DNA from: Chloroherpetonaceae bacterium
GTDB taxonomy: Bacteria > Bacteroidota > Chlorobiia > Chlorobiales > Thermochlorobacteraceae
DNA length: 64,000 nt
Assembly: GCA_033763895.1 (NCBI GenBank)
Contig: JANRJQ010000004.1
Span: 804,319-868,318, forward strand
Reading direction: 5' to 3'
The first letter of the stretch is position 1. The number at the start of each line of letters is the position of its first letter. A program made the translations under genes and the position numbers. The notes below the pieces were generated by a model. That model did no database searches. It saw only the letters and a program-made list of their open reading frames with translations, and was not told where the DNA came from. Positions 56,875-64,000 of this stretch are shown piece by piece.

Positions 56875-57171
56875 TTATTTTTTAGCTGGTGCTGAGGCTG
56901 TTTTTTCAACCTTTGCGCCGGAGTGACCCTTGAAAACTCGTGTTGGTGCAAACTCACCTAGTTTATGCCCCACCATATTTTCTGTGACATAAACCGGAAT
57001 GTGTGTTTTCCCGTTATGAACGGCTATCGTATGACCAACGAAATCCGGCGAAATCATTGATGCACGCGACCAAGTTTTTAATACTTTTTTTTGCCCTTTA
57101 TCATTCAACTGCTTTACTCTTTCGATTAGTCTCTGTTGGATGAACGGACCTTTTTTTAACGACCTAGCCAT
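56875..57171 (-). CDS. rpsS: 30S ribosomal protein S19
   Basis: [11 protein letters not shown]...[33 protein letters not shown]. Confidence 0.97.
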   Translation of the reverse strand: MARSLKKGPFIQQRLIERVKQLNDKGQKKVLKTWSRASMISPDFVGHTIAVHNGKTHIPVYVTENMVGHKLGEFAPTRVFKGHSGAKVEKTASAPAKK

Positions 57172-57183
57172 TGTTTAATTTAT

Positions 57184-58032
57184 TTATGCAGTTTTCTTTG
57201 CTCTTCTGTCACGAACAATTAGTTTTGAAGAGGCTTTCTTTCCACGGCGTGTTTTTAGCCCCTTGGAATTTTGACCCCAAGGCGATTCAGGATGCTGTCG
57301 TCCACCACCGGATTTCGATTTACCTTGGCCACCTCCCATTGGATGATCAACAGGATTTCTTGCCATACCGCGAGTCACCGGTCTGACGCCAAACCATCTT
57401 GACCGCCCTGCTTTTCCGTAACTAATATTTTCGTGCTCAAGATTTCCAACAATCCCAACCGTTGCTCGGCATTCTACCCTTACTTTTCTTAACTCACCAG
57501 AAGGCATTTTGAGTGTTGCATAGTCCCCTTCTTTTGCAACAAGTATTACGTATCCACCAGCGCTTCGCGCGATTTGTCCGCCCTTACCAGCTTTCAATTC
57601 AACGTTATGAACTTCGGTACCAACGGGGATATTTTTTAAGGATAAGGAATTACCCGGCTTGATATCGGCGTTTGCCCCACTTTCAATTTTATCTCCAACT
57701 TTGATCCCGTTTGGCGCAAGGATATAGCGCTTTTCTCCGTCAGCATATTTAAGGAGTGCAATTCTCGCAGAGCGATTCGGGTCATATTCAATCGTCGCAA
57801 CAACAGCGGTGATTGCTTCTTTATCGCGCTTGAAATCGATGATGCGGTAGAATCGCTTGTGACCGCCGCCCATTCCTCGACTGGTTACGCGACCTTGGTT
57901 ATTGCGCCCACCGGAGCTTTTAATGGGTACCAATAAACTTTTTTCAGGTTTATCGGTTGTGATTTCTTCGAATGAAGCGTAAGAAAGAAATCGTGACCCG
58001 GGTGTGCGTGGTTTTAAGTTTCTTACTGGCAT
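57184..58032 (-). CDS. rplB: 50S ribosomal protein L2
   Basis: [36 protein letters not shown]. Confidence 0.97.
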   Translation of the reverse strand: MPVRNLKPRTPGSRFLSYASFEEITTDKPEKSLLVPIKSSGGRNNQGRVTSRGMGGGHKRFYRIIDFKRDKEAITAVVATIEYDPNRSARIALLKYADGEKRYILAPNGIKVGDKIESGANADIKPGNSLSLKNIPVGTEVHNVELKAGKGGQIARSAGGYVILVAKEGDYATLKMPSGELRKVRVECRATVGIVGNLEHENISYGKAGRSRWFGVRPVTRGMARNPVDHPMGGGQGKSKSGGGRQHPESPWGQNSKGLKTRRGKKASSKLIVRDRRAKKTA

Positions 58033-58052
58033 AATTTTTTATTAACCCTTGA

Positions 58053-58397
58053 TTACTTGTTCTCAGCGGCTGCAGTTGTGTTTTGCGCGCCGTAATAGTC
58101 AATCTTATTCCCTTTTGCAAGTGTAACATAGGCGCGTCTCTCATCTGATTTGCGTCCTGCGCGTACACCTTTGCGTGTAAATTGAATTTTTGCTTTACCT
58201 TTTTTATTGACTGTTCTGACAGAAGTCACTGTAACACTAAAGCGTGATTCAATTGCTTTTGCAATTGCGTTTGGAGATGCATCATCGCCAACTTCAAATA
58301 CATATTGATTTTCCTTTTCTGCAAGCAGAGTCGCCTTTTCAGTAAGAATCGGTCGTATTAAAACAGTAGACATACTCTCTAATTTTGGTTTTCTCAA
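58053..58397 (-). CDS. rplW: 50S ribosomal protein L23
   Basis: VLIRPILTEKATLLAEKENQYVFEV. An alternative start at 58373 (MSTVL) is possible. Confidence 0.92.
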   Translation of the reverse strand: MRKPKLESMSTVLIRPILTEKATLLAEKENQYVFEVGDDASPNAIAKAIESRFSVTVTSVRTVNKKGKAKIQFTRKGVRAGRKSDERRAYVTLAKGNKIDYYGAQNTTAAAENK

Positions 58398-58400
58398 GAT

Positions 58401-59039
58401 TTAGTTGGCCAATTGCTCTTCAAGAACTTTTACAGCACTTTTTTGTAGAACGAGAACTCGGCTATCCAAAATGTCGTAGGTTGATACATTTTTTGCCTCG
58501 AGAACAAAGAGGTTTTCGATGTTTCGTCCAGAACGATATAGTTCTTCGTTGTGCTTCGGTGTTAAAAGCAAGGTTTTCTTTCCGTCAAGACCAAGCTTAG
58601 TTAGCATTTCTGATATCGGCTTGGTTTTGATTGCATCGGGTGCAAAGTCTTCCAAAACTAAAATTGCATTTTCCTTCGCTTTATAGGTTAAAGCTGATTT
58701 ACGAGCCAATGCTTTCATTTGCTTGTTGATTTTCACAACATAGTCATGTGGTTTTGGCCCGAATATTGACCCTCCACCCGGCATGAGTGGCGACCGATTT
58801 GTACCACGGCGAGCGCCCCCGGTACCCTTTTGACGGTAAGGTTTTTTTCCTCCTCCGCGAACCTCGGATCGGGTTTTAACCTTATGAGTGCCTTGTCTTT
58901 GATTCGCTCGAATCGAACGGACATCCATATAGATGGCATGATCGTTCGGTTCAATTCCAAAAATTTCTTCGTTCAACTTTACCGATTCACCTGTTTCGGT
59001 TCCGTCTTTCTTCAATATTTTCACTTCAATAGTTGCCAT
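58401..59039 (-). CDS. rplD: 50S ribosomal protein L4
   Basis: RSEVRGGGKKPYRQKGTGGARRGTNRSPLMPGGGSIFGPKP. Confidence 0.97.
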   Translation of the reverse strand: MATIEVKILKKDGTETGESVKLNEEIFGIEPNDHAIYMDVRSIRANQRQGTHKVKTRSEVRGGGKKPYRQKGTGGARRGTNRSPLMPGGGSIFGPKPHDYVVKINKQMKALARKSALTYKAKENAILVLEDFAPDAIKTKPISEMLTKLGLDGKKTLLLTPKHNEELYRSGRNIENLFVLEAKNVSTYDILDSRVLVLQKSAVKVLEEQLAN

Positions 59040-59042
59040 ACA

Positions 59043-59675
59043 TTATTTTCCTTTCACAGATACAACTTGAACGAATGAATTCTTATGTCCGGGGATTGCA
59101 CCTTTCACAACTAACAAGTTTGAGTCTGCAAGCACCTTTACTACCAATAAATTTTTCACTGTAACTTGATCTCCACCCATTCTTCCGGCCATTCTCATTC
59201 CTTTGAATGTGCGCGATGGATAAGAGGATCCCCCCATAGAACCCGGAGCTCTTTCACGATCAGATTGCCCGTGAGTTCTGGACATCCCGCCGAAATGATG
59301 GCGCTTCACAACGCCAGCAAAACCTTTACCTTTTGAAGTGCCTACAACATCAACAATCTCGCCTTCTTTGAAGACATCTACCTTCACCACATCACCGACA
59401 TTTAAGTCTGCTTGTACATCTTCTTTTCTAAATTCAACAACACTATAGGTAGGCTTCACTCCGGCTTTTTTGAAATGCCCGAGAAGAGGTTTTGAAACTC
59501 TATTTTCTTTCTTTTCAGCAAAGGTGAATTGATAAGAGTGATAACCTTCCTTTTCCTTTGTTTTGACTTGTGCGATTGTGCAAGGTCCTGCTTCGATTAC
59601 GGTGCAGGGAATTTCTTTGCCTTTCGCGTCATATATGCTGGTCATTCCGACCTTGCGTCCTAATATTGCGCTCAT
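59043..59675 (-). CDS. rplC: 50S ribosomal protein L3
   Basis: [12 protein letters not shown]...[19 protein letters not shown]. Confidence 0.97.
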   Translation of the reverse strand: MSAILGRKVGMTSIYDAKGKEIPCTVIEAGPCTIAQVKTKEKEGYHSYQFTFAEKKENRVSKPLLGHFKKAGVKPTYSVVEFRKEDVQADLNVGDVVKVDVFKEGEIVDVVGTSKGKGFAGVVKRHHFGGMSRTHGQSDRERAPGSMGGSSYPSRTFKGMRMAGRMGGDQVTVKNLLVVKVLADSNLLVVKGAIPGHKNSFVQVVSVKGK

Positions 59676-59726
59676 TGTTCCTTAAGGATTGGCGGTCGAG
59701 GATTCGACACAACCCGTTATAAAAAT

Positions 59727-60035
59727 TTAGTTCTTAATTTCAACATCTACACCGCTCGGTAACTCTAAGCGCATGAGAAGATCGATTGTTCGATTGCTCG
59801 GATTAATAATTTCAATTAATCGCTTATGAGAAGCAACCATAAACTGTTCACGTGACTTTTTATCCACGTGAGGAGAGCGGTTAACGGTATATACCTGCGA
59901 ATCTGTAGGAAGCGGAATCGGTCCTGAGATAATCGCATCCGTTTGCTTTACCGCATCAATAATCTTTTCAGCCCATTTATCGACAAGGCTATGATCATAA
60001 GATTTCAACTTGATGCGTATTTTCTGTTGTGCCAC
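59727..60035 (-). CDS. rpsJ: 30S ribosomal protein S10
   Basis: [16 protein letters not shown]...GPIPLPT...[13 protein letters not shown]...HKRLIEI. Confidence 0.97.
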   Translation of the reverse strand: MAQQKIRIKLKSYDHSLVDKWAEKIIDAVKQTDAIISGPIPLPTDSQVYTVNRSPHVDKKSREQFMVASHKRLIEIINPSNRTIDLLMRLELPSGVDVEIKN

Positions 60036-60066
60036 GGTACTTTGTGTTTATTTCAATTTTATGGAT

Positions 60067-60096
60067 AAAAAAGGAGCGAATGGATCGCTCCTTTTT
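60067..60096 (-). terminator. rho-independent terminator/attenuator after tuf, before the S10 operon
   Basis: Minus-strand AGGAGCGA-tccat-TCGCTCCT followed by TTTTTTA, about 20 nt after the tuf stop. Confidence 0.75.
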
Positions 60097-60115
60097 ATAC
60101 CCAATGAATCATGCT

Positions 60116-61315
60116 TTATTCGATAATCTTAACAACTGCACCTGCGCCAATTGTTCTTCCACCTTCGCGAATAGCGAAACGAAGACCTTCATCCATAGCA
60201 ATCGGAGACATAAGCTCAACCTTGATGGTGGTGTTATCACCCGGAAGAACCATTTCAACACCTGCCGGAAGTTCAATTGTACCAGTTACGTCTGTTGTTC
60301 TGAAGTAAAACTGAGGACGGTAGTTGGTTACAAACCCAGTATGACGTCCGCCTTCTTCTTTCTTAAGAACATAAATCTGCGCATCAAATTTATGGTGAGG
60401 TGTAACCGTACCCGGTTTTGCAATAACCATACCACGCTCCAAGTCCTTCTTTTCAACCCCACGAAGAAGAAGGCCTGCGTTATCGCCGGCTTGTCCTTCA
60501 TCAAGGTTTTTACGGAACATTTCGATACCGGTAACAACGGATTTACGGGTAGTGCCGAGTCCAACAATTTCAACTTCTTCGTTGATTTTAATCTTCCCTC
60601 TTTCAATGCGGCCAGTTCCTACAGTACCGCGACCTGAAATTGAAAACACATCTTCGATTGGCATCAAGAATGGCTTATCGACTTCACGGACTGGTGTTGG
60701 AATATAACGATCTACTTCGGCCATAAGGTTTGCAATGGATTCAACCCATTGATCTTCACCATTCATTGCACCGAGTGCTGAGCCGCGAACAATCGGGATT
60801 TCGTCGCCCGGGAATCCATAATGCGTGAGTAATTCACGAAGTTCCATTTCAACGAGATCAACAAGTTCCGGATCGGCGATATCAATTTTATTTAAGAACA
60901 CAACAATAGAAGGGACATTCACTTGGCGAGCCAAGAGAATATGTTCTTTTGTTTGTGGCATTGGACCATCAACTGCTGAAACAACCAATATCGCTCCGTC
61001 CATTTGGGCTGCACCTGTGATCATATTTTTCACATAATCCGCGTGACCGGGGCAATCAACGTGTGCGTAATGACGGTTCGGAGTTTCGTACTCGACGTGG
61101 CTCGTTGCAATGGTTAAAATTTTAGTGGGGTCACGGCGACCTTGAGATTCTGAGGCCTTCGCTACTTCGTCGTAGGAGACGAACTTTGCACCCCAACCTT
61201 TAACGGCAGAAACTTTCGTCAATGCTGCGGTTGTGGTCGTTTTACCGTGGTCAACGTGACCAATCGTTCCCACGTTTACATGTGGTTTATTTCTTAAAAA
61301 ATTCTCTTTTGCCAT
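60116..61315 (-). CDS. tuf: elongation factor Tu
   Basis: 399 aa. [21 protein letters not shown], and the canonical C-terminal domains. Confidence 0.98.
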   Translation of the reverse strand: MAKENFLRNKPHVNVGTIGHVDHGKTTTTAALTKVSAVKGWGAKFVSYDEVAKASESQGRRDPTKILTIATSHVEYETPNRHYAHVDCPGHADYVKNMITGAAQMDGAILVVSAVDGPMPQTKEHILLARQVNVPSIVVFLNKIDIADPELVDLVEMELRELLTHYGFPGDEIPIVRGSALGAMNGEDQWVESIANLMAEVDRYIPTPVREVDKPFLMPIEDVFSISGRGTVGTGRIERGKIKINEEVEIVGLGTTRKSVVTGIEMFRKNLDEGQAGDNAGLLLRGVEKKDLERGMVIAKPGTVTPHHKFDAQIYVLKKEEGGRHTGFVTNYRPQFYFRTTDVTGTIELPAGVEMVLPGDNTTIKVELMSPIAMDEGLRFAIREGGRTIGAGAVVKIIE

Positions 61316-61376
61316 TTCCTTCCTCCGGAATTCGTTTTAAGATTTGCTAAAAAACTTGATTAGTGGTTAGAAACAA

Positions 61377-63497
61377 TTACGCTGTAGCCCCTTTTGCGAC
61401 ACCGCTTTTTTCGATAATTTCTTCGCGTACATTCTTTGGTGTTTCTTCATACGCCAAAAACTCCATTGAATAATTTGCTCTGCCTTGTGTCATAGAACGC
61501 AGTTGTGTTGAGTATCCAAACATTTCAGCAAGCGGAACCTTGGCAGTAATCACTTGAGCTCCTGCTCTTGCAGACATCCCTTCGATTCTTCCACGGCGAC
61601 TTGAAAGATCCCCCATTACATCTCCCATATAATCGTCGGGTGTAACCACTTCAACTGACATAATCGGCTCAAGAAGAGCTGGGCTAGCTTTTCTCGCACC
61701 TTCCTTAAAACCTATTGAACCAGCTATTTTGAAGGCCATTTCCGATGAGTCAACATCATGATATTTACCATCATAAAGTGTCACTTTTACATCTTGGACA
61801 GGGTAACCTGCAAGGACACCTTCTTTTAAGGACTCTTCAATCCCCTTTTGAACTGCCGGAACATATTCACGAGGAATTGACCCTCCGACAATTGCATTCA
61901 CAAACTCAAATCCTTTACCCGGCTCGGAAGGTTCTACGATGAGATTTACCCATCCGAATTGACCTTTACCGCCAGATTGACGAACGAACTTACCTTCCGC
62001 TTCGACTTTCTTGCGGATGGTTTCACGGTATGCAACTTGCGGCTTACCGACATTTGCATCGACCTTAAACTCACGACGAAGCCGATCAACAATAATTTCA
62101 AGGTGCAACTCACCCATTCCCGCAATAAGAGTTTGACCTGTTTCTTCTTCTGTCGTTACTCTGAATGTCGGATCTTCTTCGGCAAGTTTTTGGAGTGAAA
62201 GTCCTAATTTTTCAGAATCTGCCTTGGTTTTAGGTTCAATCGCAATTTGAATCACAGGCTCAGGAAAGGTCATCTTTTCCAAGATGATTGGCTTAGACTC
62301 ATCGCAAATTGTATCACCGGTACGCGTATCTTTGAGGCCTACAGCAGCAACAATATCACCTGCCATTGCGTCATCAACATCTTCACGATGATTGGCGTGC
62401 ATCTGAAGCAATCTTCCAATTCTTTCTCTTTTACCGGAAATCGTATTAAGAACATAACTGCCAGCCTTAAGGGTACCTGAGTAAACCCTCAAAAAGGTAA
62501 GTTTTCCGACATAGGGATCAGTCATGATTTTAAATGCTAAGCCCGAAAAGCTCTCGTCGTCGGAAATCTTTCTGGTAATCTCTTCGCCACTCTTGGTATC
62601 TTGACCCTTAACAAGTTGAAGATCAAGCGGCGTTGGTAGGTAATCGATGACTGCGTCAAGTAGAAATTGCACGCCCTTGTTTTTAAAGGATGAACCGCAA
62701 AGAACCGGAAAAATAAGCATTCTCAGCGTTGCTTCTCTTAAGGTAACCCGCATTTCCTCTTCAGTGATGTGCTCACCCCCAAGATATTTTTCAAGAAGCG
62801 TATCATTCACTTCTGAAACCGATTCCAGCAATTGAATTCGGTATTGCTCAGCTTGTTCCTTTAGATCGGCGGGAATCTCGATTTCTTTATAAGTTGAACC
62901 GTCTTCCTTATCATAAATAACCCCGATCATTCTGATAAGGTCAATAAATCCAGCAAATAGCTCACCTTCACCGATCGGGATTTGAATTGGAATTACATTT
63001 GCTTTTAAGCGTTCTTTCATTGAATCAATGGCTCCAAAAAAGTTAGCACCAATTCGATCCATTTTATTTACATAAGCAACGCGTGGAACGCCATATTTAT
63101 TTGCCTGTCGCCAAACTGTTTCGGATTGTGGTTCTACACCTTCGACAGAACCAAAAAGTGCGACAGCGCCGTCGAGCACACGAAGCGAACGCTCAACTTC
63201 AACTGTAAAGTCGACGTGACCGGGAGTATCAATAATATTAATCCGGTATTTTTTATCTTTAAAATTTCCGTACTTAGGCACCCAAAAACACGTTGTTGCA
63301 GCAGATGTGATGGTAATCCCGCGTTCTTTTTCTTGCTCCATCCAATCCATTGTCGCGGCACCATCATGCACTTCTCCCATTCGGTGAACGCGGCCTGTAT
63401 AGTAAAGAATACGCTCAGTCGTCGTCGTTTTTCCGGCGTCGATATGAGCCATAATCCCAATATTTCTTGTTCTTTCTAATGGTACTTGTCTTGGCAT
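61377..63497 (-). CDS. fusA: elongation factor G
   Basis: 706 aa. [27 protein letters not shown]. Confidence 0.98.
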   Translation of the reverse strand: MPRQVPLERTRNIGIMAHIDAGKTTTTERILYYTGRVHRMGEVHDGAATMDWMEQEKERGITITSAATTCFWVPKYGNFKDKKYRINIIDTPGHVDFTVEVERSLRVLDGAVALFGSVEGVEPQSETVWRQANKYGVPRVAYVNKMDRIGANFFGAIDSMKERLKANVIPIQIPIGEGELFAGFIDLIRMIGVIYDKEDGSTYKEIEIPADLKEQAEQYRIQLLESVSEVNDTLLEKYLGGEHITEEEMRVTLREATLRMLIFPVLCGSSFKNKGVQFLLDAVIDYLPTPLDLQLVKGQDTKSGEEITRKISDDESFSGLAFKIMTDPYVGKLTFLRVYSGTLKAGSYVLNTISGKRERIGRLLQMHANHREDVDDAMAGDIVAAVGLKDTRTGDTICDESKPIILEKMTFPEPVIQIAIEPKTKADSEKLGLSLQKLAEEDPTFRVTTEEETGQTLIAGMGELHLEIIVDRLRREFKVDANVGKPQVAYRETIRKKVEAEGKFVRQSGGKGQFGWVNLIVEPSEPGKGFEFVNAIVGGSIPREYVPAVQKGIEESLKEGVLAGYPVQDVKVTLYDGKYHDVDSSEMAFKIAGSIGFKEGARKASPALLEPIMSVEVVTPDDYMGDVMGDLSSRRGRIEGMSARAGAQVITAKVPLAEMFGYSTQLRSMTQGRANYSMEFLAYEETPKNVREEIIEKSGVAKGATA

Positions 63498-63540
63498 GAT
63501 CGTGTATCTTTATCGTATTTCGTTTCCCAACTATCAATAC

Positions 63541-64000
63541 TTAGAATCTAAAATGAGAGAACGCCTTATTGGCTTCTGCCATCTTATGGATTTCTTCTTT
63601 CTTTTTTACAGCGGCCCCTTGATTATTTGCCGCATCCATCAATTCAGCAGCCAACTTATCGGCCATCGAACGACCGCCTCTTGAAGTCGAATACTGTTTC
63701 AACCAGCGCATCGCTAAGGCAATTCGGCGTTCAGCGCGAACTTCCATCGGAATTTGGTAGGTCGCCCCCCCAATTCGTTTTCCGCGAACTTCAACTACCG
63801 GAGCGATGTTTGAAATTGCTTTCTTGAATACTTCAAGCCCGTTTTCTTTTGTCTTTGCTTCAATCGTAGCAATCGCATCATAAACAATACGCTGCGCGGT
63901 ATCTTTTTTTCCGTGTAGCAATATCGTTGTAATCAAACGCGTAACCGTAGGATCTTGAAACTTTGGATCCAGTGTCACTTGACGCTTAAAAGCTGATTTT
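63541..64000 (-). CDS. rpsG: 30S ribosomal protein S7 (5' end lies beyond the window edge)
   Basis: GKKDTAQRIVYDA...VEVRGKRIGGATYQIPMEV...ANKAFSHFRF. The reading frame is open to position 64000. Confidence 0.93.
   Translation of the reverse strand, partial: KSAFKRQVTLDPKFQDPTVTRLITTILLHGKKDTAQRIVYDAIATIEAKTKENGLEVFKKAISNIAPVVEVRGKRIGGATYQIPMEVRAERRIALAMRWLKQYSTSRGGRSMADKLAAELMDAANNQGAAVKKKEEIHKMAEANKAFSHFRF

Noticed and set aside
44140-64000. Numerous plus-strand ORFs antisense to ribosomal, EF-Tu, EF-G and SecY genes (for example 49826-50293, 60029-60637, 63126-63479)
   Set aside because: They are shadow ORFs opposite highly conserved genes that I can identify with confidence. Their sequences are low complexity and they have no independent signals.

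Overview
64-kb chromosomal segment, probably from an FCB-group bacterium (Chlorobi/Ignavibacteria/Bacteroidetes-like). This guess rests on a T9SS C-terminal sorting domain, extended ribosomal proteins and REP-like intergenic repeats; it is not proven. Layout: (1) 1-12.3 kb holds membrane, secreted and hypothetical genes plus a GAF protein. (2) 12.5-20.4 kb holds RNase R, then a roughly 3.5-kb segment with a frameshifted T9SS-targeted repeat protein bracketed by inverted clusters of hairpin repeats, then an ABC-F ATPase. (3) 20.4-31 kb holds a tandem-repeat intergenic region, a CaCA antiporter, an ATP-grasp enzyme, RecR, a peptide-type SBP, a RecQ-family helicase, rnpA and rpmH. (4) 31.2-32.2 kb is a 1-kb AT-rich spacer with a DnaA-box cluster (candidate oriC). 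It is followed by dnaA, and the next gene is a family-B DNA polymerase rather than dnaN. (5) 36.9-39.3 kb is a three-gene REC-DUF4388-Roadblock / MglB / MglA small-GTPase module, my best candidate for an uncharacterised system. It is followed by a standalone C-terminal half of ClpB, then folK, folB, a Lon N-domain protein and nadC. (6) 44-64 kb is the str/S10/spc/alpha ribosomal superoperon on the minus strand (rpsG to rplQ), with a tRNA-Gly(UCC) embedded between rplN and rplX. I saw no CRISPR arrays, transposases, integrases or rRNA genes. All calls come from reading the sequence and the ORF track, with no database searches.
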